NCBI GenBank assembly: GCA_030390025.1
Contig: CM059431.1
Location: 138,944,001 to 139,008,000 of the forward strand
From: Squalus acanthias
Lineage: Eukaryota
DNA: 64,000 nt
Reading direction: 5' to 3'
In this document: piece after piece, positions 1 to 10,984 of the stretch
Layout of the letters: each line of letters opens with the position of its first letter
How positions within the stretch are numbered: position 1 is the stretch's first letter
Notes under the pieces: generated by a model
Database searches by the model: none
What the model saw: only the letters and a program-made list of their open reading frames with translations
What the model was told of the DNA's origin: nothing
Program-made: the position numbers and the translations under genes

Positions 1-212
1 TTACTTTCTTCAGGCTATCTATCAAATGTTCCCGGAGATGTGCCAACGCCATTGTATTTCTAGTTTTACCTTTCAACACGCACTTTACCGCTTCCTTCCT
101 TAAGTTAGAATAAAAACTATACTCAGTCTAAGCAACGATCACGTGCATTTGACCGAGTCTCTCCGGTCCATCCGGTCCCCTCGACCGGAACCTTACAACT
201 CCTAACTCTGTG

Positions 213-230
213 ATCCCACTTCTGACAATA
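213..230 (-). promoter_or_regulatory. Primer-binding site complementary to the tRNA-Leu 3' end
   Basis: Minus strand TATTGTCAGAAGTGGGAT versus canonical TGGTGTCAGAAGTGGGAT (16/18), 1 nt after the LTR-terminal CA. Confidence 0.75.
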
Positions 231-231
231 C

Positions 232-1222
232 TGTATGATTAGGATCATTGGCCACACACAGATTACACAAGGGGTTTTAGCAGTTGCAAGGCTTTTATTA
301 AGGAGCTGCACTTTTAAAGCATAATCAGATATTACATATGGTTTAAGCGGAGTATAATAGACATACAACCCGTGACAGTAGAGAGCGATCTTCGACTCCC
401 GAATCGGAATGCCATGATCGGACGGAAGGGGAGGCAGTATGGTGGTCTCGGATTGGGTGGATTCCTGCAGTCTGCTGCAGCGGTCACTTCCGTTGGCTCA
501 TCTCTCAAGCTGTTGGAGGTGTTAGGCCATCAGCCAACTCAGAGGCTAAAGTTGACCAAGGTGTTAGGCCGTAGCAACCTCGGGGAAGCCTTCGCCCCCA
601 ACTGCCTGATTTCCTCTCTCGGTTTTCCATATTTATAGTTATTTCGGTGGGCTGGTAATCACCTGGTGTCAATCATTTGATCCCCCATTCTATTTCCCAA
701 TTTTGAAGCGGAAAGGCATCCCTCGCCGTCCCTTTCTGCATGACTAGAGAGGCCTCCCTCTTATCTTTCTGAGGAATGTTTTGTTATGTTTCTTTAAGGG
801 CATTTTATGACAGTTCGGCTGCATCTTTGTCTATATCCCACCAGCCTGTGTTGTTTTGCATTTTACGATTCCCTTATCACTTCTGTTTGTCTTTTGATGC
901 TTGATATTCGACCCTGCTATCTGTTCCCGGCTGCATGTTGTCAGTCTCAGCTCTAAGAATTAAAACCCATCTTTGAATCTAACAGCTATTTCTTAAATCA
1001 TTACTTGACAGCTGGAAATTTGCTGTAGAAGCTCTCATCTCATAGCTGTTCACTTTCCAAGCTCAGAATCTGTTGCTTACAGCATTTGGAAGACAGATTG
1101 AGCCTTATGCAGGTGTAAGTGTGTGGAGCAAACTCTCTATCCATTGTCCCCTCAATGGAACAACCTCACTCACCATTAACAAATTACTTCTGTCATCTCA
1201 AGTTCACTTGCCATCTATTACA
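232..1222 (-). mobile_element. 5' LTR of an LTR retroelement (Gypsy/ERV-like); the internal region runs off the window start
   Basis: TGTA...TACA termini. On the minus strand there is TATAAATA near 630-637 and AATAAA near 294-299, about 60 bp before the LTR end, which abuts a tRNA-Leu PBS. A possible gag start (MALAHLREHLIDSLKKV) lies at 52 on minus. The 1222 end is inferred. Confidence 0.65.
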
Positions 1223-2412
1223 TCAGCATGGGTACGGTTTACACTGTCTCACCTTGGGCATCAGAGGCCCACCAAGATCAGCCCCAACACCTGCAGCACC
1301 TGTCACACCAGCAGCACCAACAACAACACCAACCTGTTCCGCAACTCCTGATGCTGCACAGCACAGAGGGCATCAACACCAGTCCACATTGCTGACCGGG
1401 ACACCAGAGATGGCCTCAGCATGGCCAGATTTACTTCACTTGACGCTGCACGCCCTGGATGCCACATGGTGCGCCAGGTTGCCACCAGCCCACACCAACA
1501 ACATAAATCATCCCTAATATGCCCAAACCATTCCTGTCACACTCATCAGCATTGCGGGGGTTACCGTTATGTCTCACCATTAACTGCAACTAACTAAGCC
1601 ACATCCAAAGGTGCACACAAATCTGTCGAAGAACGGAAAGTGGTGATAAAGTGTTCAATGTTTGACACCACATTAACAGAAACTTCACATGAACATTGGC
1701 TAAAACACACAATCGCTTAACCTTGTGTGTTAGCTGGTACGATTAAACTAGGATGAGTGTGAGGGGTGGCTAGTGAGATGGGGATGTGATAATATAGATA
1801 GAGACGGATGGGTGGAGGTGCAAGGTAAGTTGGTGTGAGTAAGGATGTACAGGAGTAGGGTTGGGAAGGCAAGTGTGTTGAGGTTGTGATGAGTGGCACA
1901 GCAGGATGAGGTTCAGGGTGGCCTTGCAGTAATGTTTCGTGATCTACTCAGATCATAAAAATGTTTGCGCCACTGCAGCCTGATCCTCTTTACGACATTC
2001 CTGCTTGAGCCCCACTGTGCAATGTGCAACCAGACTGTGTTGGTCTCTTTCGCACGTTGGAAGTGAAGAGAACCTCCCTGCGTGTTGTGGTTCCCTCCAT
2101 AAGCATATGGATGGAGTTATGGGAGAGCCTGGGTGCAGCCGTGCTCCTCTGTGCAGAGGTTGTCAGTGTTTGCAGCACCTTAATACTGTAGAACAGTGAC
2201 ATCACAATGGGTAAACTCAATGTGCACGTCGTCAAATGAAGTCATCAAACCCGCTTCCTCCAATTCTCCAGAGCGAGGCCGCGACCCCGGCCGCATCCGA
2301 TCCGACCCCGGCCGGACCCGAAACGCCACCGCACTCGGCGCACCCGACGAGCCATCGACCCGCCACCGACCCCGGCCGCATCCGACCCGCCCAGGGAGGG
2401 AAATCGCGGGGG
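1223..2412 (-). mobile_element. Degenerate Harbinger remnant (Myb/SANT-like exon about 1935-2160 plus GC-rich subterminal repeats)
   Basis: Minus translation AAPRLSHNSIHMLMEG..RREVLF..RKRP then, after a frameshift, SSRNVVKRIRLQWRKHFYDL, which parallels QCRKKFNDL of the intact element at 22618-22854. CGACCC repeats at 2280-2400. Confidence 0.6.
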
Positions 2413-2529
2413 GAAACCGGGTTATAAATTTCCTTAAGTACTTTCATGTATTGCTGTAATATCCCAGAGAGAAAAAAATATATCAGATCCGGGGTTTGAT
2501 TCAGTTTGTTTCTCTTTGTTTGTGTTCAG

Positions 2530-4781
2530 ACTGAGGGACAATAAACTGGGAGATTCAGGAGTGAAACTATTGTCAGCGGCTCTGAGGAACCCGGACTGTA
2601 AAATACAGGAACTGCGGTAAGTACCAGACTGTGTGAGATTGTGTTTATAATAACTGGATGTCGAACACAACATTATTATTATCAGTAACAGTGTTATTAA
2701 TAAACACTGGTGATTTACTCTGATTCCTGTTATTTCTCTGTCGGATCCCCAGGCTGCGTGCTGACGGTCTCACAGATTATTGTACGAAGGATCTCGTCTC
2801 CGCTCTCAGTACAAACCGCTCACTGACGGTTCTGCTCCTGGGTAATAATAAACTTGGAGATTCAGGAGTGAAACTGCTGTCTGCGGCTCTGAGGAATCCG
2901 GACTGTAAAATACAGCAACTGTGGTAAGTACCCGACTGTGTGAGATTGTGTTTATAACAACTGGATGTCTGACACTGCACATTATTATTTGTATCAGTAA
3001 TAGTGTTATTAATAAACACTGGGGATTTACCCTGATTCCTGTTATTCTCGCTCTCATTCCCAGGTTGGATGCTGTCGGTCTCACAGATTCTTGTGCTGCG
3101 GATCTCGCATCCGCTCTCAGTACAAACCGGTCACTGACGGTTCTGATCCTGGGTAATAATAAACTGGGAGATTCAGGAATGAATCTACTGTCTGCGGCTC
3201 TGAGGAACCCCGAATGTAAAATACAGGAACTGCTGTAAGTACCAGACTGTGTGAGATTATGTTTATAATAAGTCGATGTCTGACACTGTACATTATTATT
3301 GTATCAGTAATAGTCTTATTAATAAGCACTGTACATTATTAATAGTATCAGTAATAGTGTTATTAATAAACACTGGGGATTTACTCTGAATCCTGTTATT
3401 TCTCTCTCTGATCCCCAGGCTGTATGAAAACGGTCTCACAGCTTCTTGTGCCGAGGATCTCGCCTCCGCTCTCATTACAAACCGGTCACTGACGGATCTG
3501 AACCTGAGTTACAATAAACTGGGAGATTTAGGAGTGAAACTATTGTCTGCGGCTCTGAGCAACCCGGACTGTAAACTGCAGGAACTGCAGTAAGTACCAT
3601 ACTGTGTGAGATTGTGTTTATAATAACTATGTCTGACACTGTACATTATTATTAGTATCAGTAACTATTATTATAAACACGGGGGATTTACTCTGATTCC
3701 TGTTATTTATCTCTCTGATCCCCAGGCTGGAGGATGTCGGTCTCACAGCTTCTTGTGCCGAGGATCTCGCCTCCGCTCTCAGTACAAACCGGTCACTGAC
3801 GGTTCTGAACCTGAGCGACAATAAACTGGCAGACTCAGGAGTGAAACCACTTTTTGCGGCTCTGAGGAACTCGGACTGTAAAATACAGAAACTGGAGTAA
3901 GTAAGAGACTGTGTGAGATTGTGTTTATGATAACTGGATGTCTGACACGGTGCATTATTATTAGTAATACTAAATGTGTTATTAACAAACACTGGGGATT
4001 TACTCTGATTCCTGTTATTTCACTCTCTGATCCCAGGCTGTTTGGTATCGGTCTCACAGATTCTTGTGCCGAGGATCTCGCCTTCGATCTCAGTACCAAC
4101 CGGTCACTGACGTTTCTGAACCTGAGTAAAAATAAACTGGGAGATTCAGGAGTGAAACTACTGTCTTCGGCTCTGAGGAACCCGGACTGCAAAATACAGG
4201 AACTGTGGTAAGTATCAGACTGTGTGAGATTGTGTTTAAAATAACTGGATGTCTGACACTGTAATTCATTTTTAGTATCAGTAACAGTGTTATTAATAAA
4301 CTCTGGGTAATTACCCTGATTCCTGTTATTTCTCTCTCTGATCCCAGGCTGGATGGTGTCGATCTCACAGATTCTTGTGCCGAGGATCTCGCCTCCGCTC
4401 TCAGTACAACCGGCTCTCTGACTGTTCTGTCCCTGGGATCAAACTCCTTCACAGACCGATCTGTCCCCGCTCTCCGCCGCCTCATACTGACCTGCAGGAG
4501 TCTGGAGCAGATCGGTGAGTTCTTGTGTTAATGTTTAATGTAATAAATAAAATATCAATGGGATTCAGTCAATTTATTAGGTAATATTTGTCTGCAATTA
4601 TCATTGAATTATCAACCACAGGGTCGCTGAAATTTACACTGTTTTGCAAGTTGCTTATTTCCTGCCTGTTTAATCTTTAATCTCTTTCAGTCTGGGGGGT
4701 AATCAGTTCAGTTCAAATGGCGAGAGAGATCTGGAGTCGCTGCGGGGATTCAGACGTGGACTGAGTGTGGAATTTGATTGA
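2530..4781 (+). CDS. NLR (NACHT-LRR, NLRP/NLRC3-like) gene, C-terminal LRR exons: 2530-2616, 2753-2923, 3064-3234, 3419-3589, 3726-3896, 4037-4207, 4348-4514, 4691-4781; the 5' part is outside the window
   Basis: Five exact 171-bp phase-2 exons with AG/GTAAGT boundaries encode ribonuclease-inhibitor-type LRR pairs (LxxxGLTDSCAEDLASALSTNRSLTxLxLxxNKLGDSGVKLLSAALRNPDCKIQEL), the typical NLRP exon architecture. The terminal exon LGGNQFSS... stops at 4779-4781. The penultimate exon is 167 bp, 1 nt short of phase 2. Confidence 0.88.
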
Positions 4782-5029
4782 TGAACATTAAACGGTGTCC
4801 AGCTCGAGCTAATCGCGCGTCATCTCCCATTGTGAGGTCGAAGGCCCAGCCACAGGGTCCAGAGACTCAGCCGCCCGGAGCCACAGCGCTGCTTCTGCAG
4901 GATATCCGGTGTTGAATGTTCCCCAAAGGGGCACTGGGGAAATGCAAAACAGGAAGGGCCCAGGGTGGGGCTCAGTCTGGGCTGCAGTGGGGCACTGACA
5001 ATTACACTGAGTTTTGCTGGGTGCCTCTC

Positions 5030-6133
5030 CCACTGAGGAGTCGGATTCTGTAACAAGTGTCCCTGTGTACAGTGTGTGTCTCTCCCAGTGAGGAGTCGGA
5101 ATCTGTAAGAAGTGTCCCTGTGAACAATGTGTGTCTCTCTATGTGAGGAGTCGGTATCTGTAACAGGAGTCGGACTCTGTAACAAGTGTCCGTGTGTACT
5201 GTATGTGTCTCTCCCATTGAGAAGTCAGACTCTGTAACAAGTGTCCCTTTGAACAGTGTTTGTCTCTCCCAGTGAGGAGTCAGAATCTGTAACAAGTGTT
5301 CCTGTGTACAGTGTGTGTCTCTCAGTGAGAATTCAGACTCTGTAACAAGTGGCCCGGTGTACAGTGTGTGTCTCTCACAGTGAGGAGTCAGACTCTGTTA
5401 CAACTGTCCCTGTGTACAGTGTGGGTCTCTCCCAGTGAGGAGGCAGACTCTGTAACAAGTGTCCCTGTGTGCAGTGTGTGTCTCTCCCAGTGAGGAGTCG
5501 GACTCTGTAACAAGTGTCTCTGTGTACAGTGTGTGTCTCTCCCAGTGAGTAGTCAGACTCTGTAACAAGTGTCCCTATGTACAGTGTGTCTCTCCCAGTG
5601 AGGAGTCAGACTCTGTAACAAGTGTCCCTGTGTACAGTGTGTGTCTCTCCCAGTGAGGAGTCAGACTCTGTAACAGGTGTCACTGTGTACAGTGTGTGTC
5701 TCTCCCAGTGAGGAGTCAGACTCTGTAACAACTGTCCCTATGTACAGTGTGGGTCTCTACCAGTGAGGAGTCAGACTCTGTAACAAGTGTCCCTGTGTAC
5801 AGTGTGTGTCTCCCAGTGAGTAGTCAGACTCTGTAACAAGTGTCCCTGTGTACAGTGTGTGTCTCTCCCAGTGAGGAGTCAGACTCTGTAACAAGTGTCC
5901 CTGTGTACAGAGTGTGTCTCTCCCAGTGAGGAGTCAGACTCTGTAACAAGTGTCCCTGTGTACAGTGTGTGTCTCCCAGTGAGTAGTCAGACTCTGTAAC
6001 AAGTGTCCCTGTGTACAGTGTGTGTCTCTCCCAGTGAGGAGTCAGACTCTGTAACAAGTGTCCCTGTGTACAGTGTGTGTCTCTCCCAGTGAGGAGTCAG
6101 ACTCTGTAACAAGTGTCCCTGTGTACAGTGTGT
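5030..6133. repeat. 55-bp tandem repeat, about 20 copies
   Basis: Unit CAGTGAGGAGTCAGACTCTGTAACAAGTGTCCCTGTGTACAGTGTGTGTCTCTCC; more diverged at the 5' edge. Confidence 0.95.
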
Positions 6134-7164
6134 CTGAGAATTGCCTTGTGTCGTTTAATTACATTAAAGCCGCTATATAAATGCAAGCTATTGTTGTTGT
6201 CCCTGTGTTGTGTTAATAAAACCCCACCGCCTACTTCAGCTCACGCCTGGTCTCCTCGTTATTCGCATAAGAACTGGCTTCATTGTTTGAACATCTTAAA
6301 TAAAGTTTCATCCAAAGTACATCCCATCATCTCCAAACGACACTGTAGACGCGACCTGTCGGTCTATTGAAGCGGGTGGTCTTACTCGCGAGACTGGATA
6401 TACAATTTACACAAGATGGTGAGACTGAGTCTCAGCAAAAGAGCGCAGCTGGGACTCTAAAAATGGCCCCACAGGCAACGGGAAATGGCCGCCATGAACC
6501 TGCAGCAAAAAGGTCAACATCACCCTGCAGCAAAAAGGCCCCCATCAATCTGCAACAAATCATAGAATCATACAGCCCATTCGGCCCATCCTGCCTGTGG
6601 CGGCTCTTTGAAAGAGCGATCCAATTAGTCCCCCTCTCTCCCCGTAGCCCTGCAAACTGTGACTTTACCAGGATACAAGTACAATCTGCCTTCACCGCCC
6701 TTTCAGGCAGTGCATTCCAGATCAGAACAACTCGCTGCATGAAAAATCCTCCTCATCTCTGCTCTGATTCTTCGGCCAATTATTTTAAAACTTTGCTTAC
6801 CCTCCTTCCTGCCACTGGAAATAGTTTCTCCCTGTTTAATTCATGAAACACCCACAAAGGGCCTCCATGTCCACTCAAAGTTGTCGCATCGCTCCGAAGC
6901 ACAACATTATTTTGAAATTCCATCCACGGGGTCACGTTTCCGACTTTAATTTCCTCTCAGCCCCGGTTCCTCACGCACCGAGTTAACATGTTTTTGTAAC
7001 ACTGCAGGCAGGGCTACTTTAACTCCAGGCTTTAAACTCTTTAAAACACAAGGGCCACAATCGAACAGGAACTTGTTTACCCGAGGGCAGAAAGCAAGGG
7101 CCCAGAGAGGTAATAAATAGACGGAAATCAGGTGGGCCCCACTGGGTACAAGCTCTGGCGGACC

Positions 7165-7802
7165 TCGTCAGTCCCCTCTGGCGGAGGCCTGGATCAGTCT
7201 CCTCTGGAGACGGTCTCGGTCAGTCCCCTCTGGAGGAGGTATCGGTCAGTCCTCTCTGGAGGAGGTCTCGGTCAGTCTCTGGAGGTGGTCTCGGTCAGTC
7301 TCCTCTGTAGGAGGTCTCGGTCAGTCCCCTCTGGAGGAGGTATCGGTCAGTCCTCTCTGGAGGAGGTCTCGGTCAGTCTCTGGAGGTGGTCTCGGTCAGT
7401 CTCCTCTGTAGGAGGTCTCGGTCAGTCCCCTCTGGAGGAGGTCTCGGTCAGTCCCCTCTGGAGGAGGCCTCGGTCAGTCCCCTCTGGAGGAGGTCTCGGT
7501 CAGTCTCCTCTGGAGGAGGTCTCGGTCAGTCCCCTCTGGAGGAGGTCTCGGTCAGTCTCCTCTGGAGGAGGCCTCGGTCAGTCCCCTCTGGAGGAGGCCT
7601 CGGTCAGTCCCCTCTGGAGGAGGTCTCGGTCAGTCCCCTCTGGAGGAGGTCTCAGTCAGTCTCCTCTGGAGGAGGTCTCGGTCAGTCCCCTGTGGATAAG
7701 GTCTCTGTCACTCCCCTCTGGAGAAGGCCTCGGTCAGTCCCCTCTGGAGGATGCCTCGGTTAGTCCCTTCTGGCGGAGGTGTTGGTCAGTCCCCCGCTGG
7801 AG
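7165..7802. repeat. 26-bp minisatellite, about 24 copies
   Basis: Unit GGAGGAGGTCTCGGTCAGTCCCCTCT. Confidence 0.95.
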
Positions 7803-8419
7803 CAGGCGTCTTCAAACATGGACGTCGCAGCCAGGATGTGACATCATCAAAAATTAACACCCCGGGCTGCACTCCTTTCAAAATGGATGTGTATGTGTGT
7901 GTGTGTGGGTGTGTGTATATGTGTTTCTGTAAATTGCTGAGTGTATGACTGTGTGTGACTACGAAAGTGTGTATGTGGCTGTGTTTCATGTCACTTTAAA
8001 TTTTAGTTCAATTTGTGTACGGGGAGAGTGTGCGTGTGAGAGAGAGAGAAACAGACAGATAGACAGTCAGTGAGAGAGCGAGACATGAAATCAAAAGGCA
8101 CTATTTTAAATAGAAAGCCTGGTTCTGTAGGCCACAAAGTGAAAAGATAAGTTACTGAAAAGATTCTTTCTGGTTTTGAACTTCCAAAACAGCAGTCATT
8201 CCTCTACAGGCTGGCCTGCGTGCGTGTGTGTGTGTGAGAGAGAGAGAGAGCAAAAGCTGGTCTTTGTGTGAGATGTGGTCTGGTGTCTTATTACCTGCTG
8301 TTGTTGTATTAAACCCTACTTATTTCATTCTGGCCTTGTCCACATGTAATGCTGCTGTGTGTCACTTTATTGCACTTCACTTCAAGACAGAGTGAGAGAG
8401 ACACACTAATCCAGACAAC

Positions 8420-8645
8420 ATGCAGAATAGAAATCAAAAAAGAAAATGTTGGAAATACTCAGCAGGTCAGGCAGCAACTGTGGAGAGAGAGAGAAACAGA
8501 GTTAACGTTTCAGTTCGAAAGGTCATCGAGCTGAAACATTTACTCTGCCTCTCTCTCTCTCCACAGATGCTGCCAGACCTGCTGAGCATTTCCAGCATTT
8601 TCTGCTTTTTTTTCCGTTTTCACGCATCAGCAGTATTTTGCTTTT
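8420..8645. mobile_element. Inverted (hairpin) pair of Penelope-like element termini
   Basis: GGAAATACTCAGCAGGTCAGGCAGC...CTGCCAGACCTGCTGAGCATTTCC inverted about 8520. The same motif recurs at 11549-11611, 39840-39975 and 45435-45570. Family assignment is from recall. Confidence 0.6.
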
Positions 8646-8810
8646 GATGCAGAAGAGAAAAACTGTTTCTGTAGGCCGCAAATAGAAAATATAAGATACT
8701 GAAAGATCTCGTTTTGTTTTTAGGCTGCCAAACACAGCAGCGCAATGAGAGAAATCAACTTTCTTTCATTGCTGACAGTTTTGTGTTGCAATTTTGCAGG
8801 CTGGCCTGTT

Positions 8811-8862
<52 letters not shown>

Positions 8863-9169
8863 CAAAAGCTGGTGTGAATGCAGGGCTCGGCTGTGTTCAA
8901 TTTACCTGCCTTGTGCATTGGTACTGCATCTCATGTCTAACAAAACAGAAAGTATACACCATTAGATCATACTGATTTCATTCCAGACCGCGCTGCTGTG
9001 GGATCGTACTTTGCCTGTCTTTCAAGACTTTGCATAAAGCAAAGCTACATATATACAACAACCCATTTGATTTTTTTCTGGACTGGACTTTATCGGGGAA
9101 TGTTTTTATTGTGTTTCAGAGAATATCCTGCGGTGGATCATACTCTCCATTTAATTATTTAATTTTAAT

Positions 9170-10280
9170 ATTTATTGAATTCGCTTTTGAAAGCTACTAT
9201 TGAAACTGATTCCAACACCTTATCAGGAAATGCATTCCAAATGCAACCCAAACGCTGCTTAATAACAATTTTCCTCATGTCACCTTTTGTCAATCACCTT
9301 AAATCTGTTGCCTTTGGTTATCGACCCTTTTACCATTGCAAACCGTTTCTCTTTGTTCACTCTATCTAATCCCTTCGTGGTTTTAAACACATGTATCTAA
9401 TTGCCAATTAAACTTCCGTGCTCTAAAGAGAACAGCCCCAGCTTCTCCAGTCTAACCAAGTAGCTATAATCCCTCAACCCTGGAACCATTGTAGTAAATC
9501 ACTTCTGTCCCCTCCCGAAAGCTTTCATGTCCCTCCTAAAGTGTGGAACACAGAATTAGACACAATACTCTAGCTGGGAAAGGGGTGGGTGCGAACTAAT
9601 CTGTTATACAGGTTTAACATAGTTATTTGCTGTTGTACTCTATGCCTCTACTTATAAAGCCCAGGATCCCATCGGCTCTATTAACTGCTTTACTAATTTG
9701 TCCTGCCACCTTTAGAAATTTGTACTCAGACACCCCCTGGTCTCTCTGTTCTTGCACCCTCTGTAAAATTGTACCATTTAGCCTATATTGTCTCTCCCCA
9801 ATCTTCCTACCAAAATATAGCCCGTCGCATTTGTCTGCGTTGAATTTAATCTGCCATGTGTCTGCTCATTCCATCAACCTAACTATGCCCTCTTGAAGTT
9901 AATTTCTCTAATCTTCATTTTTTACAAAGCTTCCAAGTTTCGTGTCATTTGCAAATTTCGAAATTGTGCTCTGTACCCCTAATTTTAAGTCATTGGTGTA
10001 TATCAAATACAACTGCACTCCCCCTCCAGTCCGAAAACAGTCATTCATCAAACTCTCCCTTTTCTATACTTTAGACAATTTTGTATCCGTGCAGCTACTG
10101 CTCCTTTTATCGCATGTGTTCCAATTTTGCTATCAAGTTATTCAAACACGATTTACCCTTAACAAATCCGTGCTCCCTCTCATTTGTTAGTCCATGTTCA
10201 ATTGAATGTTAGTTTTCTTCCGGATTCTTTTTTCTCAAAGTTTCACTGCTATCTACGTGAAACTGACTGGCCTGTAATTG
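9170..10280 (-). mobile_element. Old degenerate CR1 LINE 3' fragment
   Basis: Reverse complement resembles the RT and C-terminal CR1 sequence of the younger copies in this window (e.g. KFANDTKL motif near 9930-9955). Confidence 0.7.
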
Positions 10281-10299
10281 GCAGTTTTCTTTACAAAAA

Positions 10300-10980
10300 A
10301 AAGCAGCTTGTATTTATATAGCGCCTTTAATGTAGTAAAACGTCCGAAGGCGCTGCACGGGAGTATTAAAAGACACAATAATTAAACTGAAACACATAAG
10401 GATAAATTAGGGCAGGTGAGAGGTAGGTTTTAAGCAGCGTCTTAAAGAAGTAAAGAGAGGTAGTGAGGCAGAGAGTTTTAGGCAGGGAATTCTAGAGCTT
10501 AGGACCGAGGCAACAGAAGGCACGGCCACCAAAGGTTGAGCGATTATAATCAGGGATGCTCAAGGGAGCAGAATTAGAGGAACACAGATATCTCGCGGGA
10601 TGTGGAACTGAAGGTGATTATAGAGATAGTAAGGGGCGAGACCATGGAGGGATTTGGAAACTAGGATGATAATTTTGAAATCGGGGCGCTGCTTAACCGG
10701 GAGCCAATGTAGGTCAGCAAGCACAGGGGAGAGGGGCTAACGGGACTTTGTGCGAATTAGGATACGGAGAAAGATGTGAGTTCAGGGCTAAGTCAGGGCG
10801 AAACCTTAGAGCAAGTTTGGCCCAGTGGGCTAGGGGAAGGAAGGGTAGTGGCAGAGGTGCTGAATGAATCGTCTCATTCTTAGAGACAAAGAAGTCCATG
10901 AGCTCCTCACAATTGTTATCCGAGATGAGGGTGGAGGAGACAGGGGAGAGGGATTTAAGAAGACGAAAGTCAAGGAGATG
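10300..10980 (-). mobile_element. L2-like LINE 3' fragment
   Basis: TTTATATAGCGCCTTTAA tail and body are shared with the copy at 37105-37535. Confidence 0.6.
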
Positions 10981-10984
10981 GGGT

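Noticed and set aside
2617..4347. RAG recombination signal sequences flanking the LRR cassettes (GACTGTG and CACTGTA in introns)
   Set aside because: Only heptamer-like words; no nonamer at 12 or 23 spacing was seen.
7132..7857. 241-aa ORF
   Set aside because: It is a translation of the 26-bp minisatellite; the ORFs at 4820-6057 and 16469-16651 are likewise repeat translations.
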